Positions 8,768 to 20,229 of a DNA stretch of 64,000 nt are shown here, piece after piece. The stretch lies in sequence record NC_012638.1; one strand, written 5' to 3'. This stretch comes from Escherichia phage RB14. Positions within the stretch are counted from its first letter, which is position 1. Every line of letters starts with the position of its first letter. The translations under genes and the position numbers were made by a program. The notes under the pieces are model-generated. The model did not search any database. It had not been told where the DNA came from and saw only the letters and a list, made by a program, of their open reading frames with translations.

Positions 8768-9592
8768 TTAGATATTTGACCAGACTTTGTTTGCAGAGAA
8801 ACGTTTTCCTTTTGAAACGAACTGCTGAAGTGGCATCAACACAACGTTCGCCCAGTCTTTCGGGGCGATTTCAACAAGGCTACCCATAATATTACCAGGT
8901 ATATATGCCTTAATCATTTGGTCTGCACCCCTAAATCCTTTCACTTGACTCCAATCAATTTTTAATTTCGTTTTATTAGTAATAGTAGGTGTATTTGCAT
9001 ATTGCTTTAAAAGCTCTTCTAGAAATTGCTGACGAGCTTTAGGTGGAATATAGTGCAAGTTCAATCCGTACATTAAATTATGCTTGCCTAAACCAAGGTA
9101 AATTATCAAAGGAAATTTATCCCAGTAAGGAAGAGTTTCCTTGTGTTTAGCATCATAAGCAAAAGCATATATTCGTCCCGGCTGCGGGCGAACAACTTTA
9201 TGTCCTTTTACTTGCTTAATAGTTTCAGCAAACCATTTTCTGGTTTTATTATTAATTGCTGCGCCTTCATTACGAATTTTATCGCGCAATGTTTGTCTGA
9301 ATGAATTTATCATAAGCAGTTGTCTTTCTTGCTTATTGAGTTTATTCATTGGTTTTGATTCAAGTTTTTGAATCTTTTCAGCTGTTTTAATTCCTGAAGC
9401 ATATTTTGACATTGCCGAAGTAAACGTAGAGTATTTGATTCCTCTTTCTTCAGCAAATTGCTTTCCTGTCATTCCTTTTGCTTTGGCCTTTTTGTATTCA
9501 AGACCTATTTGAATCCATTTCTTTTCGTTTAATGATTGCTTAACCTTTGGAACTTGGGGAGTGCTTTCATTAATTATTTGAAAAATAGCCAT
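8768..9592 (-). CDS. 2: DNA end protector protein gp2
   Basis: 274 aa, basic; length and synteny match T4 gp2. Confidence 0.85.
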
Positions 9593-10044
9593 TATGCCCC
9601 CTTAAAGCCAAGAGCTCGTAATCCATCTTCTGTTAGAATTCTAAATTTTATTCCACGCTTTTCAGCTAAAGACTGTGCTGCTTTCCATTTGTCAGTATTA
9701 ACAGAATATGTATAAATTTCATTCATAAATCTTTTCTTCGCTGCAGTTGTTAGATGTGCTGGTTTAACTGGTGGTTGTGTTTCTTTTTTAGGTTTTATTT
9801 CAATAAAAAATTCTTGTCCAGAAGAATCTTTCATCCAAATATCCATGAAGTATCTACGTTTTTTCCCTTCTGCATTACAAAAATAAGGAATTACTGCTGT
9901 TTCACTACCCCATGCAATAATTTCTGGATTTTTATCTAACCATTCAAAAAAGAATTTTTCCCAATTTGATCTATACGTAATTTTTTTAGGGTCACCTCTA
10001 TACTTTGATATATTTTTAGGAACCCATTTTCCAGAATATGCCAT
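9592..10044 (-). CDS. 4: head completion protein gp4
   Basis: 150 aa; length and synteny match T4 gp4; AGGAGAA RBS. Confidence 0.85.
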
Positions 10045-10055
10045 TGGATTCTCCT

Positions 10056-10063
10056 TATAAATA
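10056..10063 (+). promoter_or_regulatory. late promoter TATAAATA (gene 53)
   Basis: Exact T4 late promoter consensus 28 nt upstream of gene 53 ATG. Confidence 0.7.
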
Positions 10064-10070
10064 GATAATA

Positions 10071-10078
10071 TATTTATA
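10071..10078 (-). promoter_or_regulatory. late promoter TATAAATA (gene 4, divergent)
   Basis: Exact consensus on minus strand 27 nt upstream of gene 4 ATG. Confidence 0.65.
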
Positions 10079-10091
10079 AACAGGAGGGCCC

Positions 10092-10682
10092 ATGCTCTTT
10101 ACATTTTTTGATCCGATTGAATATGCGGCCAAAACGGTGAATAAAAACGCGCCGACTATTCCTATGACAGATATTTTTAGAAACTATAAAGACTATTTCA
10201 AACGTGCTCTTGCGGGATACCGCTTACGTACTTATTATATTAAAGGTTCACCACGCCCGGAAGAATTAGCAAATGCTATATATGGAAATCCGCAGTTGTA
10301 TTGGGTTTTATTGATGTGTAATGATAATTACGATCCGTATTATGGATGGATTACTTCGCAGGAAGCTGCTTATCAAGCATCTATACAAAAATACAAAAAT
10401 GTAGGTGGAGACCAAATAGTATATCATGTAAATGAGAACGGTGAAAAATTTTATAATTTAATATCATACGATGATAATCCATATGTTTGGTATGATAAAG
10501 GCGATAAAGCTAGAAAATATCCTCAATATGAAGGAGCACTTGCTGCGGTCGATACGTATGAAGCTGCTGTTCTTGAAAATGAAAAACTTCGTCAAATAAA
10601 AATAATAGCAAAATCAGACATCAATTCATTTATGAACGACCTTATACGTATAATGGAGAAATCTTATGGAAATGATAAGTAA
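10092..10682 (+). CDS. 53: baseplate wedge protein gp53
   Basis: 196 aa; length/synteny as T4 gp53. Confidence 0.9.
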   Translation: MLFTFFDPIEYAAKTVNKNAPTIPMTDIFRNYKDYFKRALAGYRLRTYYIKGSPRPEELANAIYGNPQLYWVLLMCNDNYDPYYGWITSQEAAYQASIQKYKNVGGDQIVYHVNENGEKFYNLISYDDNPYVWYDKGDKARKYPQYEGALAAVDTYEAAVLENEKLRQIKIIAKSDINSFMNDLIRIMEKSYGNDK

Positions 10683-12393
10683 TAACCTCAACTGGTTTGT
10701 TGGTGTTGTTGAAGATAGAATGGACCCATTAAAATTAGGTCGTGTTCGTGTTCGTGTGGTTGGTTTGCATCCACCACAAAGAGCACAGGGCGACGTAATG
10801 GGTATTCCAACCGATAAATTACCATGGATGTCAGTTATTCAACCTATAACTTCGGCAGCAATGTCAGGAATTGGAGGTTCTGTTACAGGGCCAGTAGAAG
10901 GAACTAGAGTTTATGGTCATTTTTTGGACAAATGGAAAACTAACGGAATTGTCCTTGGCACTTATGGCGGAATAGTTCGCGAAAAACCTAATAGACTTGA
11001 AGGATTTTCTGACCCAACTGGACAGTATCCTAGACGTCTAGGAAATGATACTAACGTATTAAACCAAGGCGGAGAAGTAGGATATGATTCGTCTTCTAAT
11101 ATTATCCAAGATAGCAATCTAGACACTGCGATAAATCCCGATGATAGACCGCTATCAGAGATTCCAACTGATGATAATCCAAATATGTCAATGGCTGAAA
11201 TGCTTCGCCGTGATGAAGGATTAAGACTAAAAGTTTATTGGGATACCGAAGGATATCCGACAATTGGTATTGGTCATCTTATCATGAAGCAGCCAGTTCG
11301 TGATATGACCCAAATTAATAAAGTTTTATCAAAACAAGTTGGTCGTGAAATTACCGGAAATCCAGGTTCTATTACAATGGAAGAAGCGGTAACTTTATTT
11401 GAACGCGATTTGGCTGATATGCAACGTGACATTAAATCACATTCTAAAGTAGGACCAGTCTGGCAAGCTGTCAACCGTTCTCGTCAAATGGCATTAGAAA
11501 ATATGGCATTTCAGATGGGTGTTGGCGGTGTAGCTAAATTTAACACAATGTTAACTGCTATGTTAGCAGGAGATTGGGAAAAAGCATATAAAGCTGGTCG
11601 TGATTCGTTGTGGTATCAACAAACAAAAGGCCGTGCATCCCGTGTTACCATGATTATTCTTACCGGAAATTTGGAATCATATGGTATTGAAGTTAAAACA
11701 CCAGCTAGGTCTTTGTCAGCAATGGCTGCTATCGTAGCAAAGTCTTCTGACCCTGCTGACCCTCCTATTCCAAATGACTCGAGAATTTTATTCAAAGAAC
11801 CAGTTTCTTCATATAAAGGTGAATATCCTTATGTGCATACAATGGAAACTGAAAGTGGACATATCCAAGAATTTGATGATACCCCTGGGCAAGAACGATA
11901 CAGATTAGTTCATCCAACTGGAACTTATGAAGAAGTATCACCGTCAGGAAGAAGAACAAGAAAAACTGTTGATAATTTGTATGATATAACAAATGCTGAT
12001 GGTAATTTTTTGGTAGCTGGCGATAAAAAGACTAATGTCGGTGGTTCAGAAATTTATTACAACATGGATAATCGTCTTCACCAGATAGATGGAAGTAATA
12101 CAATATTTGTACGTGGCGATGAAACTAAGACAGTTGAAGGTAATGGAACTATCCTAGTCAAAGGTAATGTTACTATTGTAGTTGAAGGCAATGCTGACAT
12201 TACAGTTAAAGGAGATGCTACCACTTTAGTTGAAGGTAATCAGACTAATACAGTAAATGGAAATCTTTCTTGGAAAGTTGCTGGAACAGTTGATTGGGAC
12301 GTTGGTGGTGATTGGACAGAAAAAATGGCATCTATGAGTTCTATTTCATCTGGTCAATACACAATTGATGGATCGAGGATTGACATTGGCTAA
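10666..12393 (+). CDS. 5: baseplate hub and tail lysozyme gp5
   Basis: 575 aa; N-terminal OB domain, central lysozyme domain (EGLRLKVYWDTEGYPTIGIGH), C-terminal VxGxxxxx beta-helix repeats. Confidence 0.93.
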   Translation: MEMISNNLNWFVGVVEDRMDPLKLGRVRVRVVGLHPPQRAQGDVMGIPTDKLPWMSVIQPITSAAMSGIGGSVTGPVEGTRVYGHFLDKWKTNGIVLGTYGGIVREKPNRLEGFSDPTGQYPRRLGNDTNVLNQGGEVGYDSSSNIIQDSNLDTAINPDDRPLSEIPTDDNPNMSMAEMLRRDEGLRLKVYWDTEGYPTIGIGHLIMKQPVRDMTQINKVLSKQVGREITGNPGSITMEEAVTLFERDLADMQRDIKSHSKVGPVWQAVNRSRQMALENMAFQMGVGGVAKFNTMLTAMLAGDWEKAYKAGRDSLWYQQTKGRASRVTMIILTGNLESYGIEVKTPARSLSAMAAIVAKSSDPADPPIPNDSRILFKEPVSSYKGEYPYVHTMETESGHIQEFDDTPGQERYRLVHPTGTYEEVSPSGRRTRKTVDNLYDITNADGNFLVAGDKKTNVGGSEIYYNMDNRLHQIDGSNTIFVRGDETKTVEGNGTILVKGNVTIVVEGNADITVKGDATTLVEGNQTNTVNGNLSWKVAGTVDWDVGGDWTEKMASMSSISSGQYTIDGSRIDIG

Positions 12394-12427
12394 TATACTT
12401 CCAATGAGCGCTGATTTAGGAGAATCC

Positions 12428-12922
12428 ATGGAAGGTTCTTCTATCGACGTCACCTTTACCGCTCAATTAGAAACGGGTGAAACGTTAGTATCTATAAATA
12501 TAACTAGTTACGAAGAAACTCCTGGGGTTTTAGTAGAAGAAAATCGTTTATATGGAACGTATGAATCTGTATTTGGATTTGGAAATGACGCATTGAAATA
12601 TCGTTTAGATGATGAATTTAAAACTGCTGCTTCATGGGAAGAACTTCCTACTGATTCTGATACTCAGTTGTATTTGTGGAAAGCTCCTCAAAACCTCCAG
12701 AAGACATTCACTTATGAAGTAACATTAATATATGACTACCAAGAACAAAGTGAATCTGGAGGTTCTGGCAGTAATTCTAGGTCATCTTCTGATACTACTG
12801 AACCGACAGATCCTCCTGCTCCAGTAAGAAAAACTCTAGTTAAAAATTACACAAAAACTATAGTTGGAAATTGGAGTCGTTGGGCTAATAAATTAAGAAG
12901 CTATGTATATGAGAGGTCATAA
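12428..12922 (+). CDS. 5.1: gp5.1-like protein
   Basis: Start chosen at ATG 12428 with AGGAGA RBS (ORF-track frame begins earlier, overlapping gp5 end); synteny. Confidence 0.6.
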
Positions 12923-13216
12923 ATGTCAGGATTGAGTTATGATAAGTGTGTTACTGCTGGCCATGAAGCGTGGCCTCCAACAGTTGTGAATGCTACACAA
13001 AGTAAAGTATTCACTGGAGGAATTGCTGTTCTAGTAGCAGGCGATCCAATTACAGAACATACAGAAATTAAAAAGCCATATGAAACACATGGCGGAGTGA
13101 CACAACCTAGAACTTCTAAGGTATATGTCACTGGAAAGAAAGCTGTTCAAATGGCTGATCCAATATCATGCGGTGATACTGTGGCTCAGGCATCATCTAA
13201 AGTATTCATTAAATAG
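12923..13216 (+). CDS. 5.4: gp5.4 PAAR-type spike tip protein
   Basis: 97 aa; position after gene 5. Confidence 0.8.
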
Positions 13217-13224
13217 GATTTAAA

Positions 13225-15207
13225 ATGGCAAATACCCCTGTAAATTATCAATTAACAAGAACAGCAAATGCTATTCCCGAGATATTCGTCGGGGGTACAT
13301 TTGCTGAAATAAAACAAAACCTCATTGAATGGCTTAATGGCCAAAATGAATTTTTGGATTATGATTTTGAAGGCTCAAGATTAAACGTTCTATGTGACCT
13401 TTTGGCTTATAATACATTATACATTCAGCAGTTTGGTAATGCTGCCGTGTATGAAAGCTTTATGCGTACTGCTAACTTACGTAGTTCAGTAGTTCAAGCT
13501 GCACAAGATAATGGATATTTACCTACTTCAAAATCAGCTGCTCAAACTGAAATTATGCTAACTTGTACAGACGCATTGAATAGAAATTACATTACTATTC
13601 CTCGCGGTACTCGCTTTTTAGCATATGCAAAAGATACTTCTGTTAATCCTTATAACTTTGTCTCTACCGAAGATGTTATTGCTATTCGTGATAAAAATAA
13701 CCAATATTTTCCACGATTAAAATTGGCCCAAGGACGTATAGTAAGAACTGAAATCATTTATGATAAATTAACACCTATTATCATTTATGATAAAAATATT
13801 GATAGAAACCAGGTTAAATTATATGTTGATGGAGCGGAATGGATTAACTGGACGAGAAAGTCAATGGTTCATGCTGGTTCAACATCAACGATTTATTATA
13901 TGCGTGAAACTATTGATGGAAACACTGAATTCTATTTTGGTGAAGGTGAAATTTCTGTTAATGCTTCTGAAGGAGCTTTGACCGCTAATTATATCGGAGG
14001 TCTTAAACCTACCCAGAACTCTACGATTGTTATTGAGTACATCAGTACTAACGGTGCAGATGCGAATGGTGCAGTCGGATTTTCATACGCAGATACATTA
14101 ACAAATATAACTGTCATCAATATTAACGAAAATCCAAACGATGACCCAGATTTTGTTGGGGCAGATGGAGGCGGTGATCCAGAAGATATTGAGCGTATTC
14201 GCGAATTGGGTACTATTAAACGCGAAACCCAGCAACGCTGCGTAACTGCGACTGACTATGATACATTCGTTTCAGAGAGATTCGGTTCTATTATTCAGGC
14301 AGTTCAAACTTTCACTGATTCTACTAAACCTGGGTATGCATTTATTGCTGCTAAACCTAAATCAGGTCTGTATTTAACTACTGTACAACGTGAAGATATT
14401 AAAAATTATCTCAAAGACTATAATTTAGCTCCTATTACGCCATCAATTATTTCTCCTAATTATCTTTTTATTAAGACTAATTTAAAAGTCACATATGCTT
14501 TAAATAAACTGCAAGAATCCGAGCAGTGGCTTGAAGGTCAAATAATTGATAAAATTGATCGCTATTATACCGAAGATGTGGAAATTTTTAACTCGTCTTT
14601 CGCTAAATCTAAGATGTTAACTTATGTAGATGATGCAGATCATTCTGTCATTGGTTCATCAGCGACTATTCAAATGGTTCGTGAAGTACAAAACTTCTAT
14701 AAAACGCCTGAAGCGGGTATTAAATACAATAATCAAATAAAAGATCGTTCTATGGAATCTAATACGTTTTCATTTAATTCTGGACGAAAGGTTGTAAATC
14801 CTGATACTGGTTTAGAAGAAGATGTATTATATGATGTTCGTATAGTATCAACAGACCGAGATTCTAAAGGAATTGGTAAAGTTATTATTGGTCCATTTGC
14901 TTCTGGCGATGTTACAGAAAATGAAAACATTCAGCCATATACAGGCAATGATTTTAATAAATTAGCAAATTCTGATGGACGTGACAAATACTATGTTATC
15001 GGTGAAATAAACTATCCAGCCGATACAATTTATTGGAATATCGCTAAAATTAATTTAACATCTGAAAAATTTGAAGTTCAGACTATTGAATTATATTCTG
15101 ACCCAACCGATGATGTTATCTTTACTCGCGATGGTTCACTGATTGTATTTGAAAATGACTTACGTCCACAATACTTAACTATCGATTTGGAGCCTATATC
15201 ACAATGA
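13225..15207 (+). CDS. 6: baseplate wedge protein gp6
   Basis: 660 aa; synteny and length. Confidence 0.9.
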   Translation: MANTPVNYQLTRTANAIPEIFVGGTFAEIKQNLIEWLNGQNEFLDYDFEGSRLNVLCDLLAYNTLYIQQFGNAAVYESFMRTANLRSSVVQAAQDNGYLPTSKSAAQTEIMLTCTDALNRNYITIPRGTRFLAYAKDTSVNPYNFVSTEDVIAIRDKNNQYFPRLKLAQGRIVRTEIIYDKLTPIIIYDKNIDRNQVKLYVDGAEWINWTRKSMVHAGSTSTIYYMRETIDGNTEFYFGEGEISVNASEGALTANYIGGLKPTQNSTIVIEYISTNGADANGAVGFSYADTLTNITVININENPNDDPDFVGADGGGDPEDIERIRELGTIKRETQQRCVTATDYDTFVSERFGSIIQAVQTFTDSTKPGYAFIAAKPKSGLYLTTVQREDIKNYLKDYNLAPITPSIISPNYLFIKTNLKVTYALNKLQESEQWLEGQIIDKIDRYYTEDVEIFNSSFAKSKMLTYVDDADHSVIGSSATIQMVREVQNFYKTPEAGIKYNNQIKDRSMESNTFSFNSGRKVVNPDTGLEEDVLYDVRIVSTDRDSKGIGKVIIGPFASGDVTENENIQPYTGNDFNKLANSDGRDKYYVIGEINYPADTIYWNIAKINLTSEKFEVQTIELYSDPTDDVIFTRDGSLIVFENDLRPQYLTIDLEPISQ

Positions 15208-18200
15208 CAGTAAAAGCACCTTCAGTCACTAGTCTCAGAATTTCCAAGTTATCCGCAAATCAGGTGCAAGTACGCTGGGATGACGTTGGTGCTAATTTCT
15301 ACTATTTTGTAGAAATCGCTGAGACAAAAACAGACTCGGGGGAAAATCTCCCGAGTAATCAATACCGATGGATTAATTTAGGATATACTGCAAATAACAG
15401 CTTCTTTTTTGATGATGCTGATCCACTAACATCATACATCATTAGAGTAGCTACGGCGGCGCAAGATTTTGAGCAGTCTGATTGGGTTTATACAGAAGAG
15501 TTTGAAACTTTTGCTACGAATGCTTACACATTTCAAAACATGATTGAAATGCAATTAGCCAATAAATTCATTCAGGAAAAATTTACTCTTAACAATTCTA
15601 ATTATGTCAATTTTAATAATGACACTATAATAGCTGCATTGATGAATGAATCGTTCCAATTCAGCCCATCATATGTTGATGTTTCATCAATAAGTAATTT
15701 TATTATTGGTGAAAATGAGTATCATGAAATACAAGGTTCTATTCAGCAAGTATGTAAGGATATTAACCGTGTTTATTTGATGGAATCAGAAGGGATTCTA
15801 TATCTTTTTGAGCGTTATCAACCCGTAGTTAAAGTATCTAATGATAAAGGACAAACCTGGAAAGCTGTGAAGCTCTTCAATGACCGTGTAGGATATCCTT
15901 TATCTAAGACAGTATATTACCAATCTGCGAGCACAACATACGTTCTAGGATACGACAAGATTTTCTATGGCCGCAAATCTACTGATGTTAGATGGTCAGC
16001 TGATGATGTCAGATTTAGTTCGCAAGATATAACATTCGCTAAACTTGGTGATCAACTTCATTTGGGATTTGATGTTGAAATCTTTGGTACTTATGCTACA
16101 TTACCTGCAAATGTGTATCGTATAGCTGAAGCTATTACTTGCACCGATGATTACATTTACGTTGTCGCCAGAGACAAAGTTAGATACATAAAAACGAGTA
16201 ATGCACCTATAGATTCTGATCCATTATCTCCAACATATTCGGAAAGACTTTTTGAACCTGATACAATGACTATAACCGGAAATCCTAAAGCAGTATGCTA
16301 TAAAATGGATTCTATCGGTGATAAAGTTTTTGCTCTTATTATTGGTGAAGTTGAAACATTAAATGCTAATCCTAGAACATCAAAAATAATTGATTCTGCT
16401 GATAAAGGAATATATGTTTTAAATCATGACATGAAAACATGGAAAAGAGTTTTTGGCAACACTGAAGAAGAAAGAAGACGTATTCAACCTGGATATGCGA
16501 ATATGTCAACTGATGGTAAATTAGTTTCTCTGTCTTCGAGTAATTTTAAATTTTTAAGTGATAACGTTGTTAATGACCCTGAAACTGCAGCGAAATATCA
16601 GTTAATCGGTGCTGTTAAATATGAATTTCCTCGTGAATGGCTAGCCGATAAGCATTATCATATGATGGCATTTATAGCAGATGAAAAATCTGATTGGGAA
16701 ACTTTTACGCCTCAACCGATGAAATATTATGCAGAACCATTCTTTAACTGGTCTAAAAAATCTAACACACGTTGTTGGATAAACAACTCTGACAGAGCTG
16801 TAGTAGTTTATGCTGATTTAAAATACACTAAAGTTATAGAAAATATTCCGGAAACATCGCCAGATAGATTAGTTCATGAATACTGGGATGATGGTGATTG
16901 TACGATAGTAATGCCAAATGTTAAATTCACAGGATTTAAAAAATATGCGTCTGGGATGCTTTTTTATAAATCTTCTGGTGAAATAATTTCTTACTATGAT
17001 TTTAACTATCGAGTGAGAGACACGGTTGAAATAATTTGGAAGCCAACTGGAATATTTTTAAAAGCATTTTTACAAAACCAAGAGCGTGAAACTCCTTGGT
17101 CACCAGAAGAAGAGCATGGATTAGCTGACCCTGATTTAAGACCATTGATTGGCACAATGATGCCTGATTCTTATTTACTACAAGATTCGAATTTTGAGGC
17201 ATTTTGCGAAGCATATATTCAGTATCTTTCTGATGGATATGGAACTCAGTATAACAATTTACGAAATTTAATTCGTAATCAGTATCCACGAGAAGAGCAT
17301 GCATGGGAATATTTGTGGTCAGAGATATATAAAAGAAACATTTATTTGAACGCGGATAAGCGAGATGCTGTAGCAAGATTTTTTGAATCACGTAGTTATG
17401 ATTTTTATTCTACTAAAGGAATTGAAGCATCATACAAATTTCTTTTTAAAGTTCTTTATAATGAAGAAGTTGAAATTGAAATTGAATCTGGAGCTGGTAC
17501 TGAATATGATATAATCGTTCAATCTGATTCTTTGACTGAAGATTTAGTAGGACAAACGATTTATACGGCAACAGGAAGATGTAATGTTACTTATATAGAA
17601 AGAAGCTATTCTAATGGTAAATTGCAATGGACCGTAACTATTCATAATCTTTTGGGACGATTAATTGCTGGTCAAGAAGTTAAAGCAGAAAGACTCCCTA
17701 GTTTTGAAGGCGAAATTATTCGTGGAGTTAAAGGAAAGGATTTGCTTCAAAACAATATAGACTATATTAATAGAAGTAGATCATACTATGTAATGAAAAT
17801 TAAATCCAATTTACCTTCTTCCCGCTGGAAATCTGACGTTATTCGTTTTGTTCATCCAGTAGGATTTGGATTTATAGCAATTACCCTTTTAACGATGTTT
17901 ATTAATGTTGGTTTAACTCTTAAACATACAGAGACTATAATTAATAAATACAAAAACTATAAATGGGATTCTGGATTGCCTACTGAATATGCTGATAGAG
18001 TAGCTAAATTAACTCCAACCGGTGAAATTGAGTATGATTCGGTAACAGGCGAAGCAATTTATGAGCCTGGCCCAATGGCTGGTGTAGAATATCCTCTTCC
18101 TGATGACTATAATGCTGAAAATAACAATTCAATATTTCAAGGTCAATTGCCATCTGAACGACGTAAATTAATGAGTCCTTTATTTGATGCATCTGGAACA

Positions 18201-18302
18201 ACATTTGCGCAATTTAGAGATTTAGTTAATAAACGTCTAAAAGACAATATAGGAAATCCAAGAGACCCTGAAAATCCAACACAGGTTAAAATAGATGAAT
18301 GA
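15204..18302 (+). CDS. 7: baseplate wedge protein gp7
   Basis: 1032 aa; synteny and length. Confidence 0.9.
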   Translation: MTVKAPSVTSLRISKLSANQVQVRWDDVGANFYYFVEIAETKTDSGENLPSNQYRWINLGYTANNSFFFDDADPLTSYIIRVATAAQDFEQSDWVYTEEFETFATNAYTFQNMIEMQLANKFIQEKFTLNNSNYVNFNNDTIIAALMNESFQFSPSYVDVSSISNFIIGENEYHEIQGSIQQVCKDINRVYLMESEGILYLFERYQPVVKVSNDKGQTWKAVKLFNDRVGYPLSKTVYYQSASTTYVLGYDKIFYGRKSTDVRWSADDVRFSSQDITFAKLGDQLHLGFDVEIFGTYATLPANVYRIAEAITCTDDYIYVVARDKVRYIKTSNAPIDSDPLSPTYSERLFEPDTMTITGNPKAVCYKMDSIGDKVFALIIGEVETLNANPRTSKIIDSADKGIYVLNHDMKTWKRVFGNTEEERRRIQPGYANMSTDGKLVSLSSSNFKFLSDNVVNDPETAAKYQLIGAVKYEFPREWLADKHYHMMAFIADEKSDWETFTPQPMKYYAEPFFNWSKKSNTRCWINNSDRAVVVYADLKYTKVIENIPETSPDRLVHEYWDDGDCTIVMPNVKFTGFKKYASGMLFYKSSGEIISYYDFNYRVRDTVEIIWKPTGIFLKAFLQNQERETPWSPEEEHGLADPDLRPLIGTMMPDSYLLQDSNFEAFCEAYIQYLSDGYGTQYNNLRNLIRNQYPREEHAWEYLWSEIYKRNIYLNADKRDAVARFFESRSYDFYSTKGIEASYKFLFKVLYNEEVEIEIESGAGTEYDIIVQSDSLTEDLVGQTIYTATGRCNVTYIERSYSNGKLQWTVTIHNLLGRLIAGQEVKAERLPSFEGEIIRGVKGKDLLQNNIDYINRSRSYYVMKIKSNLPSSRWKSDVIRFVHPVGFGFIAITLLTMFINVGLTLKHTETIINKYKNYKWDSGLPTEYADRVAKLTPTGEIEYDSVTGEAIYEPGPMAGVEYPLPDDYNAENNNSIFQGQLPSERRKLMSPLFDASGTTFAQFRDLVNKRLKDNIGNPRDPENPTQVKIDE

Positions 18303-19299
18303 TTCAAGTGTTATCTATCGTGCGATAGTTACTTCAAAATTTAGAACAGAAAAAATGTTGAATTTTTATAATTCAATTGGAAGTGGTCCGGATAAAAACA
18401 CTATCTTTATCACATTTGGAAGATCAGAACCGTGGTCATCAAATGAAAATGAGGTGGGCTTTGCCCCACCTTATCCTACCGATTCTGTATTAGGTGTAAC
18501 TGACATGTGGACTCATATGATGGGAACAGTAAAAGTTCTTCCATCTATGCTTGATGCAGTTATTCCTCGTCGAGATTGGGGAGATACTAGATATCCGGAT
18601 CCATACACATTTAGAATTAACGATATTGTAGTGTGCAACTCAGCTCCTTACAACGCTACTGAATCAGGCGCGGGATGGTTAGTGTATCGCTGTTTAGATG
18701 TTCCTGATACTGGAATGTGCTCAATTGAGTCTTTAACTAATAAGGATGAATGCCTTAAGTTAGGTGGAAAATGGACTCCTTCTGTTAGGTCAATGACTCC
18801 TCCTGAAGGTCGAGGAGACGCGGAAGGAACAATAGAACCCGGCGACGGATATGTTTGGGAATATCTTTTTGAGATTCCGCCTGATGTATCTATAAACAGA
18901 TGCACAAATGAATATATCGTCGTTCCTTGGCCCGAGGAATTAAAAGAAGACCCGACTAGATGGGGGTATGAAGATAACCTCACTTGGCAGCAAGATGATT
19001 TTGGATTAATTTACCGGGTTAAGGCAAATACTATTCGTTTTAAAGCATACTTAGATTCAGTTTATTTTCCTGAAGCTGCATTGCCAGGAAATAAAGGATT
19101 TAGACAAATATCGATAATCACAAATCCTCTTGAAGCTAAAGTTCATCCAAATGACCCAAACGTTAAAGCTGAAAAGGATTACTATGATCCGGAAGATTTA
19201 ATGAGGCATTCGGGCGAAATGATTTATATGGAAAATAGGCCACCTATTATTATGGCAATGGATCAAACAGAAGAAATCAATATTCTGTTTACATTTTAA
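18295..19299 (+). CDS. 8: baseplate wedge protein gp8
   Basis: 334 aa; sequence recognisable as T4 gp8. Confidence 0.9.
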   Translation: MNDSSVIYRAIVTSKFRTEKMLNFYNSIGSGPDKNTIFITFGRSEPWSSNENEVGFAPPYPTDSVLGVTDMWTHMMGTVKVLPSMLDAVIPRRDWGDTRYPDPYTFRINDIVVCNSAPYNATESGAGWLVYRCLDVPDTGMCSIESLTNKDECLKLGGKWTPSVRSMTPPEGRGDAEGTIEPGDGYVWEYLFEIPPDVSINRCTNEYIVVPWPEELKEDPTRWGYEDNLTWQQDDFGLIYRVKANTIRFKAYLDSVYFPEAALPGNKGFRQISIITNPLEAKVHPNDPNVKAEKDYYDPEDLMRHSGEMIYMENRPPIIMAMDQTEEINILFTF

Positions 19300-19304
19300 A
19301 TTAA

Positions 19305-19327
19305 GGGAGCCCATGGGCTCCCTTTTT
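19305..19327 (+). terminator. rho-independent terminator after gene 8
   Basis: GGGAGCCC-AT-GGGCTCCC hairpin followed by TTTTT. Confidence 0.7.
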
Positions 19328-19330
19328 CTT

Positions 19331-19338
19331 TATAAATA
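19331..19338 (+). promoter_or_regulatory. late promoter TATAAATA (gene 9)
   Basis: Exact consensus 25 nt upstream of gene 9 ATG. Confidence 0.7.
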
Positions 19339-19362
19339 CTATAAACTCATAAGGAAACCGCT

Positions 19363-20229
19363 ATGTTCATTCAAGAACCAAAGAAATTGATTGATACCGG
19401 CGAAATTGGTAACGCTTCTACTGGTGATATCTTATTCGACGGTGGTAATAAAATTAATAGTGATTTTAATGCAATTTATAACGCGTTTGGCGATCAGCGT
19501 AAAATGGCAGTAGCAAATGGTACTGGTGCTGACGGCCAAATTATCCATGCTACTGGATATTATCAAAAGCATTCTATCACAGAGTACGCAACTCCAGTGA
19601 AAGTTGGCACTAGACATGATATTGATACCTCTACTGTAGGTGTTAAAGTTATCATTGAAAGAGGCGAACTTGGCGACTGTGTTGAATTTATTAACTCTAA
19701 TGGATCAATATCAGTTACTAATCCTTTAACTATTCAAGCTATTGATTCAATTAAAGGCGTTTCAGGTAATTTAGTAGTAACTAGTCCATATAGTAAAGTT
19801 ACTTTACGTTGTATTTCATCTGATAATTCTACGTCGGTTTGGAATTATTCTATTGAAAGTATGTTTGGCCAAAAGGAATCACCGGCCGAAGGTACATGGA
19901 ATATTTCTACGTCTGGATCAGTTGACATTCCGCTATTTCATCGTACTGAATATAACATGGCTAAATTGTTAGTTACATGCCAATCAGTAGATGGAAGAAA
20001 AATTAAAACAGCAGAAATAAATATTCTTGTAGATACTGTTAATTCAGAGGTCATTTCTTCTGAATATGCTGTCATGCGGGTTGGGAATGAAACCGAAGAA
20101 GACGAAATCGCTAATATTGCATTTAGTATTAAAACAAATTATGTAACGGCGACTATAAGTTCTTCAACTGTCGGTATGAGAGCAGCAGTTAAAGTTATCG
20201 CTACGCAGAAAATCGGGGTGGCTCAATAA
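19363..20229 (+). CDS. 9: baseplate wedge / long tail fiber socket gp9
   Basis: 288 aa; synteny and length. Confidence 0.9.
   Translation: MFIQEPKKLIDTGEIGNASTGDILFDGGNKINSDFNAIYNAFGDQRKMAVANGTGADGQIIHATGYYQKHSITEYATPVKVGTRHDIDTSTVGVKVIIERGELGDCVEFINSNGSISVTNPLTIQAIDSIKGVSGNLVVTSPYSKVTLRCISSDNSTSVWNYSIESMFGQKESPAEGTWNISTSGSVDIPLFHRTEYNMAKLLVTCQSVDGRKIKTAEINILVDTVNSEVISSEYAVMRVGNETEEDEIANIAFSIKTNYVTATISSSTVGMRAAVKVIATQKIGVAQ

Noticed and set aside
10666-12393. Lysozyme domain inside gene 5 as a separate endolysin gene
   Set aside because: It is the internal lysozyme domain of the baseplate hub protein; the frame is continuous and there is no internal start signal.
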